This document shows positions 1 through 8,549 of a stretch of DNA of 64,000 bases, piece after piece. A program made the translations under genes and the position numbers. Numbering within the stretch: position 1 is the stretch's first letter; the number at the start of each line of letters is the position of its first letter. The notes beneath the pieces were generated by a model that saw nothing but the letters and a program-made list of their open reading frames with translations, ran no database searches and was not told the DNA's origin. The stretch comes from Candidatus Altimarinota bacterium (GTDB lineage: Bacteria; Patescibacteriota; Gracilibacteria; CAIRYL01; GCA-016699755), in the NCBI GenBank assembly GCA_963664295.1, contig OY760935.1, positions 416,001 to 480,000 of the forward strand, read 5' to 3'.

Positions 1-2
1 CA

Positions 3-263
3 GACAAAAAACCAGATCAAAAAAGAGTATCTACAACACAAAATAGACCATGTGTACATATTACAGCTTGCCAAAAATTAGGCATTCTTAATGCTGATGG
101 TTGGCCTGTTGAAAAAATTCCTGGAATAGGTATGGGAGTGATTGACACCTCAGAACAAGTAGCCAATATTCTTAATGATCCAATTTATAGAGATCCAGTA
201 TTAACAAACACACTAGCACAAAATGCTCATTTTTCTCATACAAGCGAAAAAGAGAAAATATAA
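3..263 (+). CDS. Partial (5'-truncated by window edge) small hypothetical protein
   Basis: Manually translated open frame 3: DKKPDQKR...HITACQKLGILNADGW...IDTSEQVANIL...EKEKI, TAA at 261-263. Shares motifs with the next ORF. Confidence 0.6.
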   Translation, partial: DKKPDQKRVSTTQNRPCVHITACQKLGILNADGWPVEKIPGIGMGVIDTSEQVANILNDPIYRDPVLTNTLAQNAHFSHTSEKEKI

Positions 264-314
264 ATTTAATTTTTAATACAATCTAATTAAATTTAATAAT
301 TATTTTTAATACAA

Positions 315-536
315 ATGGAAAACTTAAACAAAGAGTCTTCAGTTATGAGCTTAAATAAAACACCTTCAGTTATTGGTGCAAATCAAGAAATAATGGAACA
401 AATTGAAGCTTGCAAAATTACACCTCAGCAAAAAAGAGGAATGATGAACGGTAGCTACTGGGACATGGCTGGATTAAACGAAATTCCCGATACCTCAGGG
501 CAAATAACCGATATTCTTGAGTGCTTAAGATCTTAG
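315..536 (+). CDS. Small hypothetical protein (73 aa), probable paralog of upstream ORF
   Basis: ATG start after an AT-rich leader; shares I.AC, G..N...W and DTS.Q..IL with ORF 3-263. Confidence 0.6.
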   Translation: MENLNKESSVMSLNKTPSVIGANQEIMEQIEACKITPQQKRGMMNGSYWDMAGLNEIPDTSGQITDILECLRS

Positions 537-571
537 TGTAAATAAAGTCCACAATTAAGACTTCTAATTAT

Positions 572-600
572 AAAAACTACAAAAAAATTTGTGGTTTTTT
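572..600. terminator. Putative bidirectional intrinsic terminator
   Basis: AAAAACTACAAA-aaaa-TTTGTGGTTTTT inverted repeat between convergent genes. Confidence 0.5.
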
Positions 601-618
601 AGTATCAAAATATAAACT

Positions 619-2493
619 CTACATTCTTTCTGGAATTGGAATATTAAGCATATTTAAACCATTTTTGAGTGTTTGCACACTAATATAAACCAAATATTTT
701 CTAATTTCTTTCAAATCCCCCTCAGACTTAATCACATGCACAACACTATGAAAATGATTAAAAATTTGCGCAAGGTCATTTAAGTAAACCGCAATATGAT
801 GAGGTGAACAAGATTTGCAAGCAGTTTGTATAATAGCAGGAAATTCAGCCACTTTTTTCAATAAATCTTTCTCAATTTTTTCCAATTTATCTGCCTTTTG
901 CCAATTAATTTGCTTTACATCAGCCAATTCCCCTGCTTTTCGCAAAATACTCTCCCCTCTCACAATAGAATATTGAAGATAAGGCCCACTTTTACCTTTC
1001 ATAGAAAGAATTCTTTCCATATCAAAATCAATATTATGCGCAGGCGCATTTTGTAAATCATTATAAAACAAAGCACCAATACCAACTTTTTCCGCAATTT
1101 CTCTTAATTCCTTCTCATTAAAATCTCTTCCCTCCTCTTTCATATTTTTATAAGCCTCATTAACAACAAAGTCTAATAAATCATCAAGCCCGCCAGCACC
1201 AGCACGAGAAGAAATTTTCTTTCCTCCTTCTTTAATCTGACCAAAACCAACATGAACAGCCTCTTTGCCATTTTGATAACCCAACTGACGCACGGTCTCA
1301 AAAATTTGTTTTAAATGAAGATTTTGCTCACTACCAACAACATAAATAGCAAAATCTGGCTTAAAATACTGCTTACGATAATAAAAAGCAGCCACATCTC
1401 TAGTAGAATAATTAGTAGCACCGTCACTTTTTACTAATAAAAAAGTAGGAATTTTTGACTCAGGATTGTTGCGAGTCAAATCACAAACCACCGCATTGCC
1501 GTCTTTAAAGGCAATATTTTTCTCCAAAGCTTCTTCAATAAATTTGTCCATCTTGTCCTGATAAAAACTTTCACCAAGATAAGAGTCAAAATAAACCCCC
1601 ATGCGCTTATACATTTTCTCAAACTCAACAAGCGAACAATCATAAAACTTTTTCCAAAGAGAAAGCATATGCACATCATTATTCTCAAGAGCATGAAAAG
1701 CATTTCTTGCTTTTTCATTTAATTCTTCATTTTCTTTTGCTTCTTTATTAAAATCCGCATAAAGCTGAGCAAGATATTTTACAGGATTTTCCTGACCTTC
1801 AAGCTCTCCACGCTCATCTTTCCAAAGATCATAAGCAACACCAACTTTGCCAAATTGTGTACCCCAATCTCCAAGGTGATTAAGGCGAAAAACAGCATAA
1901 CCACATTTCTCATAAACATTACTCAAAACCTGACCAATAATAGTAGTACGCAAATGACCCACATGCATACTTTTAGCAACATTTGGACTGGAATATTCAA
2001 TCAAAACTTTTTTGCCTTTAAAATCATCATTTTCACCATAACGATTTTTTAAATCTACAACAGATTTAATAATTTCCTCACCAAAAACGGAAAAATCTAA
2101 AGAAAGATTTAAGTAAGGCGGAACAAGCTCAACCATAGTAAGACCAAGGTCGTTTTTTTCGCTATTCAAAGCTTTTTGCAAAGCAGGCAAAAGTTCAGCA
2201 TTATAAGCCTTAATATCTTTCATTAAAACAGGAATACGCAAAGCAATATCCGCAGTAAACTTTGGCGGAACCGGCGCAAGATTTACATCATCAACAGAAA
2301 TGTCCTGACCAAACTCTTTTGAGGCAATTTTAGCAATTTTTTCTGCTAAGTTATGCAAAAAATAATTATCTTTTGAAATATAACCCCGTTTTTCTCGTTC
2401 TTTTGGTCTATTTTTTGCTACTTCAAGGGCAATTTTTTCTAAATTTCTGTTGTGTTCTTGCAATTTCTGCAAATCAAAGTCGTTTTCCGCCAT
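619..2493 (-). CDS. argS: Arginine--tRNA ligase
   Basis: EYSSPNVAKSMHVGHLR (HIGH), NHLGDWGTQFG, KISSR (KMSKS-like), GPYLQY, C-terminal PERM. Confidence 0.97.
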   Translation of the reverse strand: MAENDFDLQKLQEHNRNLEKIALEVAKNRPKEREKRGYISKDNYFLHNLAEKIAKIASKEFGQDISVDDVNLAPVPPKFTADIALRIPVLMKDIKAYNAELLPALQKALNSEKNDLGLTMVELVPPYLNLSLDFSVFGEEIIKSVVDLKNRYGENDDFKGKKVLIEYSSPNVAKSMHVGHLRTTIIGQVLSNVYEKCGYAVFRLNHLGDWGTQFGKVGVAYDLWKDERGELEGQENPVKYLAQLYADFNKEAKENEELNEKARNAFHALENNDVHMLSLWKKFYDCSLVEFEKMYKRMGVYFDSYLGESFYQDKMDKFIEEALEKNIAFKDGNAVVCDLTRNNPESKIPTFLLVKSDGATNYSTRDVAAFYYRKQYFKPDFAIYVVGSEQNLHLKQIFETVRQLGYQNGKEAVHVGFGQIKEGGKKISSRAGAGGLDDLLDFVVNEAYKNMKEEGRDFNEKELREIAEKVGIGALFYNDLQNAPAHNIDFDMERILSMKGKSGPYLQYSIVRGESILRKAGELADVKQINWQKADKLEKIEKDLLKKVAEFPAIIQTACKSCSPHHIAVYLNDLAQIFNHFHSVVHVIKSEGDLKEIRKYLVYISVQTLKNGLNMLNIPIPERM

Positions 2494-2612
2494 AAAACTC
2501 TAAATAATCTTTTTGTATGATAGTTTATTTGCAAGAAATTGGGAATATTAAATCATTTCTCATTTTCAAGTATCAAAATACTTATTACTATAAAACATAT
2601 TTAACTAAAAAA

Positions 2613-3137
2613 ATGAAAAAAATCATAATTATAACATTATTAATAATACTAGCCTTGTCTTTGCCTGTTTTATATTTTTGCTTTGAAATTAAGAATCTAG
2701 ATGCATTAAATTTAATAATTATTTATATTACACTTCTCTCATTGTTAATTTACACATTTTTTACTTTTAAAGTCGTAGAGGAGCAAGAAATCTTAAGAAA
2801 AAAGGGGGTTGAACCTTTTTTGACTCTATATCGTGATTGCAAGAGTTATTATATGATTAGAAATATTGGAAATGGACCTGCTATTACAACTAAATTAATT
2901 AAACTTAATAATCAAAATAAAGAAGAAATAATAATAGATATAAAACATTTAAACTACATAAACCCTAATAGTCAACAATTGCAAGGCAAAAACATTAATC
3001 ATGAAATAATAAGTAACATAAAAAACAAAGAACAATTTAAGATAACTTGTTATGATGCCTTAAGGCAAAAACATGAATTTATTTATCAGCTAATAGCTAA
3101 TAATCCTGTGTTCATAAAACATAAAATAAGCAATTAA
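2613..3137 (+). CDS. Hypothetical membrane protein, very AT-rich
   Basis: Two N-terminal hydrophobic helices then NIGNGPA motif; MKKIII start at 2613 preferred over 2517. Confidence 0.6.
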   Translation: MKKIIIITLLIILALSLPVLYFCFEIKNLDALNLIIIYITLLSLLIYTFFTFKVVEEQEILRKKGVEPFLTLYRDCKSYYMIRNIGNGPAITTKLIKLNNQNKEEIIIDIKHLNYINPNSQQLQGKNINHEIISNIKNKEQFKITCYDALRQKHEFIYQLIANNPVFIKHKISN

Positions 3138-3155
3138 TGCTTTAAAACATTAATT

Positions 3156-3206
3156 TGGTTGCGGGGGTAGGAATTTAAAAACCTACTAGCTTCGCGAGTT
3201 ATGAGC
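3156..3206 (-). pseudogene. Degenerate 3'-half copy of tRNA-fMet (anticodon loop, T arm, acceptor 3' strand, CCA)
   Basis: Minus strand GCTCATAACTCGCGAAGCTAGTAGGTTTTTAAATTCCTACCCCCGCAACCA matches the 3' half of the tRNA at 3414-3488. Confidence 0.8.
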
Positions 3207-3238
3207 TTGCGAATAACCCGATTAATACATATTTAATT

Positions 3239-3334
3239 TGGTTGCGGAGGTAGGAATTGATTGCTTGTCGTTTCGTGTCCTCGCCACAGCTTTTGCTTTG
3301 GCTCGGTCAGCTCCACTTTCAGCAAAACCTACGA
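3239..3334 (-). pseudogene. Second 3'-end copy of tRNA-fMet with about 65-nt insertion in the T loop
   Basis: Minus strand TCGTAGGTT[TTGCT...AGCAA]TCAATTCCTACCTCCGCAACCA; insert at about 3261-3325. Confidence 0.7.
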
Positions 3335-3384
3335 ACTTATTGTCACGGTCGCAGGCTCAATTCACGCCAAATTAATAAAATAAC

Positions 3385-3403
3385 CTTATGGCTTCGCCAT
3401 AAG
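3385..3403 (-). terminator. Hairpin just downstream of tRNA-fMet (putative terminator)
   Basis: CTTATGGC-GAA-GCCATAAG perfect 8-bp stem followed by a T-rich tract on the minus strand. Confidence 0.55.
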
Positions 3404-3413
3404 AATATTTTTT

Positions 3414-3488
<75 letters not shown>

Positions 3489-3820
3489 TCATTGTTTTGT
3501 TATTACTCTTTCTTCTGTTCGGTCTCATTTTATGAGCCCGCCTGACTAGACTCTCACTGCTCCACCCCGCGTCATTGTTTTGTTGTTACTCTTTCTTCTG
3601 TTCGGTCTCATTTTATGAGCCCGCCTGACTAGATTCTCACTGCTCCACCCCGCGTCATTGTTTTGTTGTTACTCTTTCTTCTGTTCGGTCTCATTTTATG
3701 AGCCCGCCTGACTAGATTCTCACTGCTCCACCCCGCGTTAATCTAACTTTATTTTTTCTTTCTTGGGGGCTCATTTGTTGAGCCCGACGGCCGATTGGCC
3801 TTAGCACTGCTCCACCCCGC
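3489..3820 (-). repeat. Tandem array of four 83-bp units, each starting with the tRNA-fMet 5' end
   Basis: Units 3489-3571, 3572-3654 and 3655-3737 are near-identical; 3738-3820 is diverged. All contain GCGGGGTGGAGCAGTG and CGGGCTCA from the tRNA 5' half. Confidence 0.92.
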
Positions 3821-3921
3821 ATCATATCAAGCAATTCTTAATAATTTAGCCACTCTTTTAGTGACAAAACTTTTTCAGAGCTTTAAAATACTATCAAATA
3901 ATAAATATTTGTCCAGCTTTT

Positions 3922-4386
3922 ATGCAAATTTCCGAAAAAATCATCAAAATTGCTCTTAAAAATAACTACAAAATTGCTGTAGCAGAAAGTTTTACTGGTG
4001 GCTTAATTGCTAATTCTTTTGTGTCTATTAGTGGTTCTTCTGATGTTTTTTTTGGTGGAATTATTACTAATTGTAATCAGGCAAAAACAAAATTGCTTGA
4101 TATCCCTGAAAAAAAAATTGTTGGCAATAAAGTTTATTCAAAAAATACTGCTGTTTTAATGGCAGAAAGTATTCTCAAAAAAACTAAGGCAAACTTGGCA
4201 ATTTCTTCTACTGGTGTTGCTAGTGGTATTTCGGAGGGTGTTCAAGCTGGCACCTGTTTTATTGGCATTGCTGGCTTGGGCTTTAAAGCCGAGGCCTACG
4301 CACTAAATTTATCTGGTTCTCGTAATGAAATTCGCAAAAAAGCAACTGAAGAAGCACTAAAATTGCTTTTAAATAAAATTTCTTAA
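3922..4386 (+). CDS. CinA C-terminal/PncC family (NMN deamidase-like) protein
   Basis: IAVAESFTGGLIA, SGSSDVFFGG, STGVA, GSRNEIR motifs. Confidence 0.88.
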   Translation: MQISEKIIKIALKNNYKIAVAESFTGGLIANSFVSISGSSDVFFGGIITNCNQAKTKLLDIPEKKIVGNKVYSKNTAVLMAESILKKTKANLAISSTGVASGISEGVQAGTCFIGIAGLGFKAEAYALNLSGSRNEIRKKATEEALKLLLNKIS

Positions 4387-5447
4387 TTTATTTTGCTCAC
4401 TTCGCCGTTTTTTACTTCATATATATAGTATGGCTCGGATAAAAAAACTGGTGTTTCTGTGCTGTTTATTACTGCTTGTTCATTTTTGATTAACTTTAAG
4501 AATGACCTGCGGTGTATTTCGTCAAGTTCGGAAAATACATCATCAAATAGTAATAATGGTTTTATTTCTTTATTTTCTTGTATGAAATCTCTTTCTGCGA
4601 GTTTGAATGCAAGAATTGCACTGCGCACTTCCCCTCGAGAGGCTTTTTTTGTAAGGTTTTCATCATTTATTAATATTTGAAAATCGTCTCTGTGTGCTCC
4701 CCTGCTGGTTGAACCGATTATTATGTCTTTTTGAAAATTTTTTTCTAAATCTTCTGCTATATTTTCTGATGAAGGTATGAAGTTTATACTTAATTTCTTT
4801 TTATTTTGTGATATTTCCTGAAAATATTTTTCTATTTTTGAGTTTATATACTTCAAAAAATCTTTTCTGTATTGAGTGAGTATTTGACTGTGTTTTATAA
4901 ATTCCTGATCCCAATATTCAAATTCGCTTTTTTCTGCTTGTTGCTCTGCGTATCTTTGCAGTAATTTGTTTCTTTGGCGAAGAATTTTTTCAAATTTTAA
5001 GTGAGACTCAAAATATTCTCTATGCACTGGCGCAACTACTCGAAAAAGCAATTTTCTTCGCTCTGATGGAGATGAAAATGGCAAATTTAAATCATCTGGA
5101 GTGAAAAGTACTGCATAAAATTCTTTTTCTTTAAGAAATTCACTGGTTTTTAGTTTTATTTTATCTTTTTTGAATACTGTTCTTGCTGGTGTTTTTTCCC
5201 AGTATATTTCTAGTGTTTTTTGATTTGCTTCTATGGTTAATTTGGAATAATTTTCTTCTTCTTTGATGTATATTTCTCTTTTTGTGCTTCGAAATGGTTT
5301 TAATATTGCAAAACTATATATTGCTTCGATTATATTGGTCTTTCCTGAGCCATTTTCGCCTATGAAGATGGTGGTTTTTTCGCTAAAACTAATGATATTT
5401 TTTGTGTGATTGCGAAAATTTTCCAATATTATTTGCTTTATGTTCAT
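4383..5447 (-). CDS. recF: DNA replication/repair protein RecF
   Basis: LENFRN, Walker A GENGSGKTNIIEAI, GAHRDDF, ASRGE, LLFDDVFSELD; MNIKQ start at 5447 preferred. Confidence 0.93.
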   Translation of the reverse strand: MNIKQIILENFRNHTKNIISFSEKTTIFIGENGSGKTNIIEAIYSFAILKPFRSTKREIYIKEEENYSKLTIEANQKTLEIYWEKTPARTVFKKDKIKLKTSEFLKEKEFYAVLFTPDDLNLPFSSPSERRKLLFRVVAPVHREYFESHLKFEKILRQRNKLLQRYAEQQAEKSEFEYWDQEFIKHSQILTQYRKDFLKYINSKIEKYFQEISQNKKKLSINFIPSSENIAEDLEKNFQKDIIIGSTSRGAHRDDFQILINDENLTKKASRGEVRSAILAFKLAERDFIQENKEIKPLLLFDDVFSELDEIHRRSFLKLIKNEQAVINSTETPVFLSEPYYIYEVKNGEVSKIN

Positions 5448-5509
5448 CAAATGAATTTTGGTTTTTATTTTCTTTTTTGGCAAGGGAAAGATAAAAAAAC
5501 CCATAAATC

Positions 5510-5530
5510 AAAAAACCCACTCTCGTGGGT
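5510..5530 (-). terminator. Intrinsic terminator
   Basis: ACCCAC-GAGA-GTGGGT followed by TTTTT on the minus strand. Confidence 0.75.
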
Positions 5531-5536
5531 GCATTA

Positions 5537-5590
5537 TTATTTTAATCTTATAGCACCGACCTTCCGAGGAATGGGGTTTTGAATTTTCAC
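5537..5590 (-). CDS. Putative leaderless 17-aa sORF (M)KIQNPIPRKVGAIRLK
   Basis: GTG lies 7 nt after a TAAAAT -10 box; the stop is immediately followed by a terminator. Translation is unproven. Confidence 0.35.
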   Translation of the reverse strand: MKIQNPIPRKVGAIRLK

Positions 5591-5597
5591 GAACGAG

Positions 5598-5625
5598 ATT
5601 TTAGCAGTATCAAAAATAATGTCAA
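5598..5625 (-). promoter_or_regulatory. Near-consensus sigma70 promoter
   Basis: TTGACA-16 nt-TAAAAT with extended -10 TGn. Confidence 0.7.
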
Positions 5626-5682
5626 GACTTTTTTTAAAAAAATATATAAAAAATGTTAAACCTACTTGACTTTTTATTTATT

Positions 5683-5732
5683 TTTATGTTAAATTTACTT
5701 TGAATTTATGTTAAATTTACTTTGAATTTATG
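5683..5732 (+). repeat. 22-bp direct tandem repeat over the fic promoter/start
   Basis: TTTATGTTAAATTTACTTTGAA x2 plus TTTATG (start codon); degenerate copy ATGTTAAACCTACTTGA near 5653. Confidence 0.85.
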
Positions 5733-6923
5733 TCAGAAAATATTTATAAAATAACTGGCTTTGCATCTCCAAATCGCATAATTTACACAAAAAAAACAAT
5801 TAATCAAGCTAAAGAGTTATTTCAAAAAACACCTTTGAGTGACTTCAAAATAGCACCATTAATTGTTGAAAAAAATATTTCTGAACAAGCTTATGCTATT
5901 TCTACTGCTGAAAATGAAAAACTAACCAAGGAAGAAGCAGAAAAAATAATTATTTCACCTGAAATCAAAAGAAGGCTTAATAAATATCGAAATGACAAAA
6001 AAATGTCTATTGAAGAAAAATATGAAAAATTAGAATTTGAAAATGTTAAAAATGTAGAAATTAATTTTGATTCAATTTCTTTTAAAGAGGTTGATTTAAA
6101 CCTAATATTAAAATTGCATTATGAATTAACAATTGGGCTAGATGAATACGCAAAAGACTATGGTGTAAACAAATACAAACCAGGTGAATTAAGAACAAGT
6201 GATAACATAAAAGTAGGAGGTAGAACAAAACAATATAAGCCAATTGAGGCAAAAAAAATTAAGCACGCTTTAACAGTATTAATTAAAGAGTTTTCTCAAA
6301 GAGAAAATATTAATTTAATTGATATCATTGAGTTTCATATTCTTTTTTATGCAATTCACCCTTTTCAAAATGGAAACAAAAGAATAATTAGAGTTATTGA
6401 ATCAATGTTACTAAATCATTACTCTTACAGTGCTAACAGAACAATTTCTCTCTCTATTTACTACAAAGAAAATCAAGACACTTATCATTTTTATCTTTTA
6501 GAAAGTTTGCGCAAAAAAAACCCTAATTTTTTTATCAATTTTGCATTAAGAGGCTATTTTACAATCGGAAAAGAAACGGTGATTTATTCTGCTATTTTTC
6601 ATCGCATAAATCGCATAAACTCAATTAAGCAATATTTAAACAATATTATTACCACATCAAAAAAACAAGAATACATGGACTCTCTTGATACTATAAGTGA
6701 TTTAAGTATTACTTTTAAGCACAAAGAATTTATGGAAAAAATGAAAAATAAAAAATATAAACAAAGTAAAAGCGCTGAGCTTTTAAAGTATCTTTTAAAA
6801 AGTAAATTTATTTATAAGCTTGGCACTGAATATACCCTTTTTAATTCAAAAACGCTAAGTTCAGCACTAAATCATCACACTATATTAGAAAAATTTTATC
6901 TAGAAAACGAAATAATTATTTAA
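5730..6923 (+). CDS. Fic family protein with probable C-terminal winged-helix
   Basis: HPFQNGNKRIIR Fic motif, PGELR, N-terminal ISTAEN inhibitory-helix-like motif. Confidence 0.85.
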   Translation: MSENIYKITGFASPNRIIYTKKTINQAKELFQKTPLSDFKIAPLIVEKNISEQAYAISTAENEKLTKEEAEKIIISPEIKRRLNKYRNDKKMSIEEKYEKLEFENVKNVEINFDSISFKEVDLNLILKLHYELTIGLDEYAKDYGVNKYKPGELRTSDNIKVGGRTKQYKPIEAKKIKHALTVLIKEFSQRENINLIDIIEFHILFYAIHPFQNGNKRIIRVIESMLLNHYSYSANRTISLSIYYKENQDTYHFYLLESLRKKNPNFFINFALRGYFTIGKETVIYSAIFHRINRINSIKQYLNNIITTSKKQEYMDSLDTISDLSITFKHKEFMEKMKNKKYKQSKSAELLKYLLKSKFIYKLGTEYTLFNSKTLSSALNHHTILEKFYLENEIII

Positions 6924-6927
6924 AAAA

Positions 6928-8406
6928 TTATTTTTCTTTAGGAAAAAGTATTTTTGCTTCTCCTAATCCGCTTTGCCAATTGTAATTTTTATCTAAATTA
7001 AGCACTTTTTTGATCTTTTCTGCTGTTTCCGGCAAAAATGGTTCAAGTATAATATTTACTCTTCTTAATGCCTCCAAAAAGTCCAATAAAATTTCTTTTG
7101 CTTTTTCTGACTCTGATTTCATCAATTTCCAAGGTTCTATGGTGTTGATTTCTTTATTTAAAAAATTTGTAAATTCAAATGGAGCAGAAATTGCATCATG
7201 AAGGACATATTCCTCCATTGCTTTGTTCATTTTTTCTTCTGTTTCCTGAAATTTCTTTTCAAAATCAGGACTTAGCTCGTTTTTAAATTCATTTATTTCT
7301 AAACGAGAAGCAAGGGTGTGTACTCTTTGTAATAAATTGCCTAAGCTATCAGCTAAATATGCATTTTTTATTTCTGTAAAACGGAATTTCGAAAAATCTG
7401 CATCTCTACCAAAGGGAACTTCATGCAATAAATAAAACCTAAGTGCATCAACACCTTCTTCTTCAACTGTTTCAAAGGGATCAACTACATTTCCTAGTGA
7501 TTTAGACATTTTTTGTCCTTCGGAGGTTAAAAATCCATGTACCAAAATTTTATCTGGTGTTTTTAATTTTGCAGAAGTAAGCATAGAAGGCCAAATGCCA
7601 GCATGAAAACGCAAAATATCTTTACCAATTAGATGAATTACCTCGCCATTTTCCCAGAATTCTTCAAATAATTCTTCATTTTCACTGCCATATCCTAAGC
7701 CAGTTATATAATTAGAAAGTGCATCACACCAAACATACATAACCTGTTCATCATCGTTTGGCACATCAACACCCCAAGGCAAAACCTCTTTTGGGCGAGT
7801 AAAAGATATGTCTTTAAAGCCTTTTTTTGCTACTGTGAGTATTTCGTTTTTGCGATAATCAGGAAGTATTTGCATTTTTTTACTTTCTATTAAATCAGTG
7901 ACTATTTTTGAGTATTTTGAAAGGTTGAAAAACCAATTTTCTTCTGATAATTCTTCTGGTTCTTTTTGGTGATTTGGACACTTGCCGTCAACTAATTCTT
8001 TTTCTGTTATAAAGGCTTCGCAACCTGCACAATAAAGCCCTTTGAATGATCTTTTTTCTAAAACCCCACTTTCTAAAATTTTATTCCAAATTTTTTGCAC
8101 TCCTTTTTTGTGTCTTTCTTCGGTTGTGCGAATAAAATCATCATTGGATATATTTAATGCTTTTGTAAGTTCTTGAAACTTTTCTGCATTGTGATCGCAA
8201 AGCTCTTGTGGACTTATCCCTTGCTCTTTTGCTGTTCTATATATCTTTGTGCCATGTTCATCTGTGCCTGTAAGGAAAAAAACATTATTTCCTTTTTGTC
8301 TGTGCCAACGAGCTATTACATCTGCTTCAATAAGCTCCATTGCAAAACCAATATGCGGAGCAGCATTAACATAGGCAATCGAAGTTGTAATATAAATATT
8401 TTTCAT
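6928..8406 (-). CDS. metG: Methionine--tRNA ligase (short form, no C-terminal tRNA-binding domain)
   Basis: YITTSIAYVNAAPHIG, TGTDEHG, YVWCDAL, GKDILRFH, KMSKS; start MKNIY at 8406. Confidence 0.96.
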   Translation of the reverse strand: MKNIYITTSIAYVNAAPHIGFAMELIEADVIARWHRQKGNNVFFLTGTDEHGTKIYRTAKEQGISPQELCDHNAEKFQELTKALNISNDDFIRTTEERHKKGVQKIWNKILESGVLEKRSFKGLYCAGCEAFITEKELVDGKCPNHQKEPEELSEENWFFNLSKYSKIVTDLIESKKMQILPDYRKNEILTVAKKGFKDISFTRPKEVLPWGVDVPNDDEQVMYVWCDALSNYITGLGYGSENEELFEEFWENGEVIHLIGKDILRFHAGIWPSMLTSAKLKTPDKILVHGFLTSEGQKMSKSLGNVVDPFETVEEEGVDALRFYLLHEVPFGRDADFSKFRFTEIKNAYLADSLGNLLQRVHTLASRLEINEFKNELSPDFEKKFQETEEKMNKAMEEYVLHDAISAPFEFTNFLNKEINTIEPWKLMKSESEKAKEILLDFLEALRRVNIILEPFLPETAEKIKKVLNLDKNYNWQSGLGEAKILFPKEK

Positions 8407-8549
8407 TGAATAAAACAAAACTAAATTCAATATAACACGCGAAGTGGCTTTATACAAAGAAAAACACTATTAAAACTCTTGCTCACAAAAGCCGTTTATT
8501 ACTTGAAAAAAGGCTTATTTTAGCGTATAATTTAATGATAAATTGAATA

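Noticed and set aside
2494-2612. T-box or riboswitch upstream of argS, metG or proS
   Set aside because: Intergenic regions are short and AT-rich, with no T-box consensus (AGGGTGGNACCGCG) or terminator/antiterminator visible.
3489-3820. CRISPR array interpretation of the 83-bp repeats
   Set aside because: The intervening sequences are near-identical rather than unique spacers, the constant part is tRNA-derived, and no cas genes are in the window.
5545-5565. GTCGGTGC resemblance to a tracrRNA 3' hairpin
   Set aside because: Only 8 nt match, with no anti-repeat, cas9 or array.
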